64,000 nt of DNA, taken from the NCBI RefSeq assembly GCF_031769215.1, contig NW_026782067.1, positions 682,001 through 746,000 of the forward strand. The letters run 5' to 3'. The notes beneath the pieces are model-generated. The model ran no database searches, had not been told where the DNA came from, and saw nothing but the letters and a program-made list of their open reading frames with translations. Shown here piece after piece: positions 28,726 to 51,210 of the stretch. The stretch's first letter is position 1. The number at the start of each line of letters is the position of its first letter. Source of the stretch: Ylistrum balloti (taxonomy: Eukaryota). The translations under genes and the position numbers were made by a program.

Positions 28726-30004
28726 GGGACATTTTTTCTTCACTCATTCCTAATATTACAGATTTGGTGCCATTGATTCCTCTAAGTGTAAGCCATGAGA
28801 AATTAAGCTTTAGTACAGATTATGCAACACTGCCATGGAAGTCTTTGCAGAGAGTAAAGATTTCAAAAATGAGAAAATTGTACATACATTAAGAAAACAG
28901 ATCAACTTGATACTAAAGATTTATAAAAATGTTACCCTGACAGTGTAATAATAACATCATCCAATATGACTTTTTTACTCTTAGTAAGCTTTATTTCCTA
29001 TGCCCAGCCATCTGAATCCTCCCGCACAATTCAAATTCACTTCTACCACTGATGGCGTCAGCTCCAGAGCAGAATCAATTTCTGATAAAGATTCAGATTT
29101 CTTGAAAAATGGCAGAGTGCCACCAAAGTGAACGGTATCACAATACAACGTAAAAACATAAATATAAAGAAAATAAGAAACATAAGACAAATTTGAATAT
29201 ACGATTCGTAGTTTAAATACAGCTGTAAATTTACCATTGGTATACTGGTATTCCCATAAAACTTCTGCAGAATAACACAAAGGCCATAAAATTACAGTGA
29301 AACTTCCTCTGACCAGAGACTCTACTTCTATACTTCCAAATCAAACAATGTAAACATAAGCGTTGTTGGCCTAAAGACAGTGCCTTGAAATATTATGGTA
29401 TTTATTGCAGTTTCTGCATGACATCAATATAGCAATCATTTTAAATGCCCAGATTCATCATTTTGTTTGTTTGTTCTAAACTGACATTGCGTTGAAATAT
29501 GATCACGTCAAAATTAGTTTCTGATCCATATCAGTCAAAACTTGTAAACCATTTTTCACCACTAGATTTACTTTAAAGACCAAACATTATACCCTATTTG
29601 TGTTGATTTTTAGAGAGCCATAGTGAATAAGTGTACCTTTATATCAACAAAGACATGACAGCGCAATAGGTCATGATAATAGTGAGATTTTATGTGGATA
29701 ACGATATATCACTCTTGCATAAGCTTTTTGATACACGACCCACAATAACAAAAGTCATCACCATTACTCAAAATATAAAAACAATCTATTATCCATTTAT
29801 GATATTACCAAAACAAAATCTTGAAATAAAATGGATCTAGGGTTTAAGTTGATATTTCATAGATTTTGATAACTTAGAAAGATTACCATTTAAGCCAAGT
29901 ATCATATGGTCAACATATTTTCCTGATTGAGCAGAAATCAGCATTGATAAAAACACACGCACACACAGTAGTTATGTAGTTTGCAGTCATCTGCCTTCTT
30001 GTAG

Positions 30005-30670
30005 ACTAAATAATTAGGGTTTGCCTCTTGCCCACCTCTAAACATTGCCTAGACAATGTATAGTGACCTACCTTCTTGTACACAAGATAGTTAGGGTTGT
30101 CCTCAGGGTTAGCCTGCCCACCTCCAAACATTGCCCTAGACAATGTATAGTGACCTACCTTCTTGTACATCAAATTGTTAGGGTTGTCCTCAAGGTTAGC
30201 CTGCCCATTTCCAAACATTGTCCCAGACATTTTATTAGAAACCTACCTCCTTGTAGACAAGATAGTTTGGGTTGTCCTCAAGGTTAGCCTGCCCATTCCC
30301 AAACATTGCCCCACACAATGTATCAGAGACCTACCTTCATGTACACAAGATAGCTAGGGTTGTCCTTAGGGTTAGCCAGCCCACTCCCAAACATTGCCCC
30401 AAACAATGTATAGTGACTTACCTTCTTGTAGACAAGATAGTTAGGGTTGTCCCCAGGGTTAGCCGGCCCACTCCAAAACATTGTCTCAAACAATGTATTA
30501 GTGACTTACCTTCTTGTAGACAAGATAGTTAGGGTTGTCCTCAGGGTTAGCCTGCCCACTCCAAAACATTGTCCCAAACAATGTATTAGTGACTTACCTT
30601 CTTGTAGACAAGATAGTTAGGGTTGTCCTCAGGGTTAGCCTGCCCATTCCCAAACATTGCACTTGACAAT
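30005..30670. repeat. 87-bp unit, about 7.5 copies
   Basis: gacctaccttcttgta at about 30065 and 30152. Confidence 0.93.
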
Positions 30671-33600
30671 GTATTGGGCAGGCTCTCCGTCCTTGGTTTA
30701 TATTTAGGGGTGAGTGCCATTCCTGAAAAATATAAGAAATATGTTTGCTACAATGCATGTATGCTTTAAACAATATCAGAACACCACAAAGACAATACAG
30801 TATAAAATTAGACACCAATTCAAAAAATAAATTCAATAAAGTAAGCCATGCTAAAGAATAAAATCTAACATCTGAACCAAAATAACCATGTCAAAACATA
30901 AAAGCATTACCAATTAAAACACTCGCTTATCATGTTTATAAACCATGTTGTACGAAAACAAACCTGTCCTCAGAAAACAATTCAGATCTGCCTAGAAGTA
31001 TCTATATCAGTGTAATTAAAAGTATTTATATTTGACAAAACAAATTAATTGTTATGTTAACAACACAAAGCTTTGATCTTACATTTAGTGACAAGGTAAG
31101 TTTAAAGTGACCACAAAAAAATCAATGCTCCGTGCAAGACATAGACCAGTATAATGGCGTCTTATTTCAATTCCATTTGATTTCATACCAGAGTATTATT
31201 TTTCATATCATTTACTTCTATACATCAAACAAGAGAAGGAGTAGGTTACACGTCAACTGGTCTCATCTATCTATAATGGTGGAGAGGCAAAAACAACAAC
31301 AACAAAAAATCATCAATCACAAACTCTACCTAGCCTTGCCATTTGTCCTCAGGAAGCCAATACCAATACATTTTATGCTACATTTCTACGCCTTCTTGGC
31401 CAAGACACCCTAACTGTACCAAACCTTCTTTACTGGTAAATCCACTTTATATTTGTGGTCCAAACTAAATAAGGATAAGATTTCTATATATATCTTGTGA
31501 TGGGAGTAGTCTTTTAATGTTGACCTATTTAGTGTTCATATTGGGCCAAAGTATGTACCAAACAAAATTTACACCCAATTCCCTGTACCTATATTGATAA
31601 TGACAATTTTAATTTACTTCCATTTCCTCTTCTGGACACCTCATCTTTAAAAGTGTGCCAACAAACGATAGCACTCTATGTTTGTTATGACTCTAAGCTA
31701 TTGTAGAGTTTTAATGATAAATTTACATTCGGGGATCAATCAAACTTGTTGGGAAATATTTTCTGAGAACAAGAATATTTTCCAGATTCAAGAGTAATTT
31801 TTTATGCAAAATGCCAATGAGTAAATTTACTGATGAAGGTAGTACAGCTGGCCAGGATTTATCCATGCTTTGTACTATAGTGGACTCCAGTTATCTGAGG
31901 TCCACACTCTTAGACAAAAGATGCTGCAGACAAAAATGAAAAAGAAAACATCTTCCTTTACTTTCTCCAAATTTTTAGAGCACTTCTTTCTTTCTCTCCT
32001 ACTAGGCCTGCTCTCTGATAGCATTCATTTGTACAATATCATAAGATTGAACTCCTTAGTCCAACAATAATACACATCTTACCAAATTTAGCCCTACTCC
32101 CATCATCCATTTAATTTGCTCATTTGATCTTTCCCAGCAATCAAAAACTGATTCCATCTAAGTTAGTCCCTTACAATTATGGGGGAGAAAAAAATTGTAC
32201 AAGTGATGTTTTTGACATTAATTCATTTACCAATTCATTTCCTAAGTTAAAAGGTCAAATTCTTTGAGGAAAACTGCAAGTGCTCACTTCAATGTAGATA
32301 TTGCCTTACTTGAAATTTACAAAATAGAAAATTGCCTTCTAAAAAAGAAATCAAGCTTTTCAGTTGCTGAGGATTTTGTTTTAATGTAAATATAATCCCA
32401 AACAGTAGTAAACACCACGAGATATACGAGATATAGTAATTCCAAACACTTACCACTAAAATTTCTGTAGCAATATTCCAAATAAAATCACTTAAGAAAT
32501 GAAAGAGAAGTGTAGTACCGTCTGAGCTATTCCATTCATATGGACTGACTAAAGCTGAGCTCTCTCGTCATTAACAAACATGCAAGTTAACACCAGAAGG
32601 TGAATGATATGTACTGCCAACATCAGCACCACTCTTCATGTGTATATGGAGGTTTTCTAGACAATGATATGTATCATCAGGGCTCTGTTGAATTTTTATA
32701 TTTTAATGAATATTACATTTTAACATCATTGCTATATAACTGAATGTGTCTACACGAATATTCAACATTAACTTTAATGTTGCAGATAAATCATAATTCA
32801 TAGAAATAAAACTTGACTGTTTGTTCTCACTGAATTTACTGCACATTTACATTGTTAGTATATATTCTATTGCTATAGTCTATGGCATTACGAACGTCAA
32901 AGATCATGGGGGGGAAATCAATATGTACTGATGTAAGAAAAATACACTAAGTTAAGCACCTGTGTGTGACATAACAGATAAGATTTTTTTTAAATGTTTC
33001 CAACAAATATTTATTTTGAACACTTTGATAGAAAGTAAGTCTTAATATGCACAATGGATATATCCATGTAGGTCTGAACATTGCTCAAAGTCTAATAGTG
33101 TTTGTACAATTACATATTTGTACATTTACAAAATACAACTTAATACTACAAATTCCTGTAAACCAAAGTAAAACTAAAATGTGATTTGTATATGTTGTAA
33201 TTCATTTTAAAATATATTACAATGTTGTACATAATAGTACTTACAGTAAGGTGATTCATGTATAACAACTAGCATACTTTATTTTATCAATACAAGTACC
33301 ATGTAATCCTAACGATATTTAAAGTGTATTTCTATTTCATCATCAAGATCCAGGAGGCCAGAATGTTGTTTATTAATGTTTTACACAGAATACATAATGT
33401 ACATGTATACAGCATATTTGTATTAAAGTCTTAAATGCCTCAAAAACGATTTAAATGTTTTGCAGCAACTTCTATAAAATGCATTCTAAGAACCTGAAGT
33501 AAAAACTATCATGTGATGGACTGAAAACTTTTAACTGTTGATGTACATGTTAATGTTTACATGGATAATGATACAAGTGCACCAATGCTGAACCATGTCC

Positions 33601-35699
33601 AACAAAACAGGGTCTCTAAAAGGACAAGTATATGTGTTTTTCAGGCTTTGTACCATGCAATGGATGTAACAATATTTGAGTACACAGATGTCTTTATTAG
33701 AGTGGTAATCCCATCAGCTATGTACTCCTACATCTGTCCAGCCCCCTTAATGATGCCCCAGGGACACATACTAAACACACAATATAATAAGTGTACATTA
33801 TTGATAGCAGTGTATTACTAAATACTGCTGATTGGACATGCCAACAGTACCAGTCCCATCTCTTTATCCTTTCTTTACAATACTACAAAAGCATTTTAAT
33901 AAATCCTGAGAAATCTCAAATTAAAAGAAAAAACTAAATCAAATTTCAGACTCAAAATAAAAATTGACAGATCTAGTTATGTTCATTTGACATAAATACA
34001 TCGTGTACTTTTAGTTTAACACAATATCTATTCATTTATTTTAAAAGCACATTAACACCTTATGACATCAACTTGATAGACAGACTCTGAAAGCTTCTAG
34101 ATCTATATCTAACATTTCCATAAAACAGACTAGTATCAAAGACATGGCATATGAAGTGCACCAATTCAAAACCATGAATTATGTTCCTGAAACTATTATC
34201 CAATAGGTGTTCAAACGCTTTGACAGTTTTTGCATTTACTACATGAACAGGTAAACTAATTGATATGTCAACAACTCCTTTCAATTGTTTTTCCTTAATA
34301 ATTGTTTTTCTTTGTTACAAAGGAATTTGTACAATCTAAAGATATGACCTGAAATTCTTTCATTATTATCAAAGATAGACAGGTTTTGCCACGTCTGACA
34401 ATATTCACTGTGATTAAGGTTATTTTTGTTTATTTTGTTCACTAATTGATACACTTGTAAATTGTGTAATTAACACTCCACCAGATTTTAAGTGTATATT
34501 ACCAGTTTTACTTGTGGTATGCACTGTATGTTTACAACAATAGTATTGCTTTTGCTGTTTAAATGCTAATACTAACTGTGAAGCACAAGATCTAAATTAC
34601 TAAAATTGTTATTTATAGGCAATCATATAAATCCTGTGATTAATAAAATTCATGTCCCTTTTTAAATTAATAGATTAAGATATCAAAAACATAATGCAGT
34701 TTTTAGCTGATAAGATTTTATATGAAGCATCATTTAGGAATACTGTGTTGAGTGATTCAGTTAGTACACAGCTACAGAATATATATACACATGAAATGTT
34801 TGGGCAAGCATGCATGTAAACAAACTGGGGGCAGGTCCAGATTATCAGATATACATCTATAGAGTTGCTCTCTGCTACAAAGCAACACACATATAATTGC
34901 ATCAAACTTCACATTGCATGCTGCTACCCTTTTAAATGCTTTAAAGTATGTGCTAAGGGGAAGTGAAAACCAACAATTATTGACTCAGTAACCCAGATTC
35001 CTCACCAAACTGTCTATACTGATGATTTTAAGTTTCTATGGTGTTTATTTCTGTAGTTTTTGCCATTCCACACTCTGAATTACAAAACCAGATCATAAAT
35101 CACCAAAACCACTCGGTAAAGCTACGAAAGATTCACCTTTAGAGGGAAGACATCTCCAGTTATACCCTCCTCACTGCTTCAACACAGGGTCGGTAGAGCT
35201 GCTTTCTCCTAGGTCAATCTATTATTGGGAAAAATCAAACAGTCGACATCCCAGCTAAGAAATAACCCTAGCTTGGGAACACTAGAGTGTCTTTCAAAAC
35301 TTAAAAAAACAGGAGGCGTTTCTACCGCTCCCAGAGTCTCTCCGATGATGATTATATGCGAGTACTTGTAAAATATTCACGACTGTACATTAAACATATT
35401 CCTCCTCTTTGTTTCCCGTATAGAGGCAATACATCCATCACATGCTATAAAACTCGAGAACAACAAAATTGCCCGCTACAGGTCGCCAGACAGACTACAT
35501 ATTGTCAGTAGTAGACTGGTAGCACTGTTGCCATCTGCATTGGAGTTTAAATTCCAAACAAAATAGATGGGTATAGTCTCGACTAACATAACCATAGTGT
35601 AACGCTACTGTACGGGCTCTGCCGTCCTTCCGATCAATCACGGTAACATCGCATTCTAATTTAGCGTCTGCTTATACAGTAGGCTACACGCTTTCCTCT

Positions 35700-36010
35700 G
35701 CTGCTACTGCCGCTGTTTGTTGCTGCTGCCGAGTATTACCCTCCAGACTCCTTACACACGACGATGTTGAAGCTATACACTTCGTGGTCTCGCCATTATT
35801 TACAAAATGTATGCAACCCCATCTACATCAATCTGATATTAAACATTTTCAATATTTCCGAGGCGTCTTCTGTGCGTTTTCATTAACCTTTAAATGCCAA
35901 GGCACATGCAAAGTTACTGAAGCGCCATTTTGAATATTGAAATCAATACTGGTATTTGATTGGTTGAACGGCTGTAAGGAAATGCAGGTGCGTTCGCATA
36001 TAGCTGCGTG
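35700..36010 (-). promoter_or_regulatory. Putative promoter / TSS region of the minus-strand gene
   Basis: Onset of the CpG-rich zone; YY1-type CGCCATTTTG at 35923-35932, CGCCATT at 35791, and a CCAAT box (ATTGG) near 35958. Confidence 0.35.
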
Positions 36011-36084
36011 TGAGAATTAGAAAAACAAAAATTATGCAATACTAAATTTCATTTTAAAACGCACAAAATTAATTAGATACTTAC

Positions 36085-36350
36085 CGTCTACATTATCCCT
36101 GATAAGGACATGACTACAGCTTCTGAATCGCATACATGACAACATAGTTCCAGTGTATAAGAACAGGACAATGCTCCGATTGATTTTTTCGTCTGTGTGA
36201 GATCGATAGTGTGGACTGGCTGTGAAGCGCTTGTCTGCTCCGCCAACACCACTGCCGAGTGAGATGATACGACTAGGCCAGATACTTCCAAGATTTTATT
36301 ACATTTTGCTGCATTGCTTTGATTGTAACCGTGCTTTACAGATCACAGAC
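36085..36350 (-). other. Putative non-coding 5' exon
   Basis: Consensus donor ACG|GTAAGTAT at 36084 on the minus strand ends a CpG-rich segment with no convincing ATG-led ORF; the 5' limit is a guess. Confidence 0.3.
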
Positions 36351-38439
36351 TACCGAACCCAATAATTAAGTAGTATATTTCGTCCACGCGACAGCTGCAG
36401 TGTTTGTAATTCTAAGTACCATATAATGTGAATGAAAGTTGCATTTTTCTATTTTAGTTGTGCGATAACGTATGGTATTTACTCTTCATTCTGCATTGAT
36501 ATAGGCTGAATATTGACCCATACAAGGAACCGACTACAGAACAAAATATCCCAGCTTGTGATCTTTTTCTTATCTTTATTTGTTTATTCAGCGATGGTCA
36601 TAACGACACAAATTAAGTTCATCGGTCTCGTATCCACAACGTTAAGAGTCATGGAAAATGTATAGTTGTAATTATATCTTATTACAAACAGTAATTATCA
36701 GGGACAACGGAAAACTAGTGTTAACCTTATTGGATCGATATCGAAAAGATTAGCATGCAAGTGACATCCATAAGGCATAAACACAATTCCTTCTTGTGTA
36801 TGCATATTATTTGTGCAAAGAAAAATACGGCACATTTAACACCGTAGACTAGAGCAAATCAAATGTGATGCATAAGCAAGGACTGGTTTGGTTTATTTTT
36901 GCATGCTTTTTCGTTTTGCCGCCGCAACAGCGCGAAACAGCAGTTTTATTCTAAAACGGCACATTGTCGCTACGAGAAAACATTTTTTAACTGTCCCATG
37001 TTGCGCTTTGCAGTCGCGAAGTCTCGTTTAATTTGCTAAATCGCACTTTCTCGACGCGAAAGGGCAACAAGCAGAAGCATTTTCTCGGTACGTACAAGCT
37101 GATCGCGGTAAAAAGGCGCGGTTAGTGATGAGAAGTTATTTATCACTTTTAGGTTATTTCTTTATTTTATATATCTATGGCGCTCAAATAGCGATGTTAC
37201 ATATCAACACACACAAAACACTCCTTTTCAGGAACCACCGGGTGCAAGCGGTACCGCAGGGGAATCGCTTGTCCGTATTGGGTAGATTTGTGTATAATAT
37301 ATATATTTATGTAATTTTTTTTTCACTTTAATAGCAAGATTCCTCCCGAAGGAACATTTCGCTAGAAGCACGTTATGGGCATTTTCTTCCTTTTCCCCTT
37401 CCAATTAAAGAAACTGTTATTTGGCATTGCTGTCATGGTTACTAAATGTAAAGGTGGTTATGAAATATTCATGTTAGCAAATATTATAGATTTTGATACG
37501 TCAATGCTTCGATCTACACATTGTGCTAAAACGTTTCCAGGTTTGCGTGAAAAACCTCGGGGTTTCAGCTGGAGATAATATATTATACATAGATAAGTTT
37601 GATGTACCTTGGATACGAGATCCCCCAAAGTAAAACTAAAACCCGATCCCCCGCCCCCACCTCCGCCCCCCACCGACAAGCGATTCCCCGTGTTACCGCC
37701 ACATCCGATAGGAAGGTTATTGTTATTTAGTGGTATGGTATCGTATCTTTATTTTTTTTCTGTTCTACAAATCTGATCCACTTTCTATTTCAAACTTCAT
37801 CATAAAACATGTCAAGGCTTCGCCAATCTAATGGTGTGTTGAAAGGAATGCAACAGACACATACGGTTTTGGCAAAACACTACTGAATGCCTATTATTTC
37901 ACAGCCAAAGTGGTTTCCATAAATACCATCGATGAAAATAAATTCAAACGATAAGATCATGTATTGCTAATTGGCCAAACAAAACAGTAGCTGTATTTCC
38001 CATTTCTCAGTCAATCTTATCTTTTACCTCGGGCAGTAAATGGTTTGAAGTGATCGAGTTCAGGTATTCTGCATCAAGTTCCAAGTTTAAAGTCTTAGAG
38101 AATATATTTTACTTCGTGTCCTGGAATTCATTTATATTGTAGATCTCCCAGAGTTATATCATATATCACGTATAGTACAGAATCAGATAGTTGATAATTG
38201 AGTGATGTGAATAAAAAAAATATTTTGTCCGAGTGTACTGCACTTGTAAACGTAAACACTCCTTTAAAAATCAAATCACGGTGTTTATCATCCATAAACA
38301 AGTTACGTATATTGTTTGTTTCGTTAAATATGACCCCATCCCCACCCCCACCCAACAGATGGTCTATGTCAGCCAGCCAAAGTATCCTTACACTTTTTAT
38401 GTGTTGCATGATGTTGGTTATACATCTCATGAACAGTCA

Positions 38440-38900
38440 GTGTCATTCCGAGGCGGAGTTTTCTTTTTGTAGCTGGTGGCTACACCAATGAAAACCATCT
38501 TGGAGGCCCTTAGCATGATATAGCGAGTCCAGAGACCCGGCAATGCAAGTGTCACACCATCAACTAGGATTCGTTGTGTGTTAAAAGTTTTCTATTGGTA
38601 CCCCTGGTTTAGGAATGAAACCATCTCACATCACCGACCGTCGGGTCGTGTCAGTACTTTACATCCGTAGCTATATGTGGCGCCTGGCCTCCCGAGGACG
38701 TCCAGAGCGACGTGGCTAATCTGTGGTTCTGCCCAGCACCCAGGGGTATCCCTAGTTTTATTACCCCACACTCACTCTCGCATGACTTCCTCAACTGTCA
38801 TACCTGGCCACGTAGACGTCTCAAGACAACACCATATAAGGACAGACACTGACAATACCTAACAGGTAACACACCAAATAAGGACATACACGTAAATGCA
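38440..38900. mobile_element. Unclassified GC/CpG-rich segment with nested inverted repeats, possibly a non-autonomous element
   Basis: tacccctgg (38599-38607) and ccaggggta (38740-38748); hairpin cgacc-gtcg-ggtcg at 38635-38648. Confidence 0.2.
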
Positions 38901-40499
38901 CGGACAGTAACGAATACAAATTAAACAGGACGTTTACAGACACTTACTCCTATTTACCTTGTGACATAAGCATAAGGCAATTCTCGCTTCTTATAAAAGA
39001 GATCGAACCACACACCTCAGGACTATTGACCGATATATCGCGGCCTCACAATATTAAGTACCAATGCTAATTTGTGCAATACTAGTAGTGAATAAAAACG
39101 TCAAATTTACAAAATACCATACCTGTATATATCTTTACACGCTAGCTGTAAATGATATCTGGTGTACATTGTAACATAGGGTTATTAAGTTGAACTAGTA
39201 ATTAATAACAAATTGAATGACGTCAGTACAGAATGGCCAAACCACTCAAAATACTACACAGTTAAATGTGTTAAAAAGTTCAAACCAAACCGAAAGTTCC
39301 GACTTACTTAGTAGTATGTGTTCTGACACCGTGAGCAATTCAGAAATTTGTATTGAATAGATACATAGATGGTAATAAATTCTCCATATATATCGTGGTT
39401 ACTGGAACCTTTCCTCGCGCTTTCGTTCTATTTCATGTGCGTGGCGCGACGAAAAAAATAGCAAACAAAAACACCATCTACAGAAGGACGTTGTCGTGAT
39501 TCCGTAAATGAATACATGGGAGCTTCTCCTCTGGTTTAAATACTAGTCATGTAACAAAAAGCGATTAACACTAATCATAACCCTTTATTCCGACCACCAG
39601 GTGCCGCGATTGCACTTTTCAAGATGTCCACGTGCAAACAATCGAGTAGCTATGTACCAGATTTCAATGTATTCAATCTTGCGTGTCCGAGACATTCTCT
39701 ACTGAATCATTACGCATAGTTTTAGCATACGCCTTGTCGACGTCAGTATACACAGTCAAGTTTTCAAATGAAAATGGGCCTAATTGGAAATACGACGACG
39801 GAGCGATGTGTGTTACATATTATCTGAAAATATTAGATTCTGTAGTATCTATTCAATAGTTTTTTTCTAACCATTTTATGCCACATTTTCTTTATATTAT
39901 AAACAATAACTGAATCAATAAAATCCCCTCCGTTGTAAAGCTCTTTCATACTTTAACCATTATATCAATATTTATTACATAAATAATATTTTTAAAAAAT
40001 GCTTCCAAATGTTTAGCAGTGCAAATGTGAAGCTGATAGAAACAAGAAAGTAAGAAAAACAGTGGGAAAAGTTCTTTGCATCCTACTTGCTTCTGATTCT
40101 CTGTTACTCAGCTACATATTAAACTTCAATCAGAGACGTATATATGTGTTATATACGTCTCTGCTTTAATTAATATTATATCGGCAAATAAAACTAAATT
40201 CGGAACTCGTTTGTATCTTCCGCTTGGTTCGAAAATCTTTACTCGGAGCGATTTGTGTTTCCTGACCGGTTTTCGCCAAACATGGGCTGTATGATTCGGC
40301 AAGGCACTTCATCATTTTTGCTCTGGGCGGCATGCGACGAGACACTCGTTTGTTGTTCGTTGAGGTAGCCATAGACTACTACAATGATACTCTCCCTCAA
40401 AGTGATCACGGCTGCGCACGAGGCAATAAATCCAATAATCTTCGACCACACAGACACCGTATGCTGATTTTGTAATACGCGCGAAAATAAAGTCAAGTA

Positions 40500-40600
40500 A
40501 GTTATCAAGTTATCTCCCTTCAGTGCTCTTTTGTGTCATGAGATATCTCCTACTTCCGGACAAGGAAGACAGCCGAGTGGATGTGAATATAGTTTTAAAG
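40500..40600. promoter_or_regulatory. Putative presenilin (possibly bidirectional) promoter
   Basis: ETS/GABP-type ACTTCCGG at 40552-40559 in CpG-rich DNA about 340 bp upstream of the ATG; a perfect CRE TGACGTCA lies further upstream at 39218-39225. Confidence 0.35.
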
Positions 40601-40894
40601 GATAGATGTAGTCTTTACTTTTTGATGTTCGCATCGCTGTAATAACTTGTTATTGATTTCCCGACACAACAGACCGTCAGAAACCATGAGTTTGTTTTAA
40701 TGAAACAAATAGATGACTCACCCATTTTCGTCACTGAGTTGGGGACAAAGCTTACCATAACATACACTTCCTTGCATTGAACAGATTACGGGTGTTTAAG
40801 GAAGTTAATTGACTATTGTACTGACACATTTGTATCTGCTGATATATCGCCCCTGATGTAGTCAACGTAACAATCTGTATTCCATTTTGACTGC

Positions 40895-50661
<9,767 letters not shown>

Positions 50662-50709
50662 TGCTGATACCTGCTTGAACTTGGGTCTTTTACCTGTAAA
50701 TGCATGTAC

Positions 50710-51210
50710 AGTGTTGACTTACCTGTAGGAATGTATATCTCTGAATGTTGACCTACAAGTAGGTATAGCCCTAAGTGCTTACCTGTACGTAAGTGTGGTC
50801 ATTAGTACTTATCTATAGGTAGGTGTGGTCGTAAGTACATACCTGTAGGTAGGTGTGGACACGAGTACTTACCTGTAGTTAGGTGTGGTCATGAGTACTT
50901 ACCTGTAGTTAGGTGTGGTCATGTGTACTTACCTGTATGTAGGAGTGGTCATGAGTACTTACCTGTATGTAGGTGTGGTCATGAGTACTTACCTGTATGT
51001 AGGTGTGGTCATGAGTACTTACCTGTATGTAGGAGTGGTCATGAGTACTTGCCTGTATGTAGGCGTGGTCATGAGTACTTACCTGTAGTTAGGTGTCGTT
51101 ATGAGTACTTACCTGTATGTAGGTGTGGTCATGAGTACTAACTAGTAGTATGAGTGGTCCTGAAGGTACATACCTATAGGTAGGTTTGGTAGTGAGTACA
51201 TACCTGTAGG
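50710..51210. repeat. 30-bp minisatellite (acttacctgtatgtaggtgtggtcatgagt) in the presumed presenilin 3'UTR
   Basis: Exact 30-bp period over 50866-51135 with degenerate flanks. Confidence 0.93.

Noticed and set aside
28396-28776. 126-aa ORF with 23-aa repeats
   Set aside because: It arises because the 69-bp unit is a multiple of 3; earlier 68-bp units break the frame.
28981-29280. 99-aa minus-strand ORF
   Set aside because: No acceptor/donor pair found and no homology recognised.
30006-30836. Several overlapping ORFs on both strands, and TTAGGG motifs
   Set aside because: All fall in the 87-bp array; the TTAGGG copies are isolated, not a telomeric tract.
50923-51141. HEYLPVCRCG repeat peptide
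   Set aside because: Translation of the 30-bp 3'UTR array.
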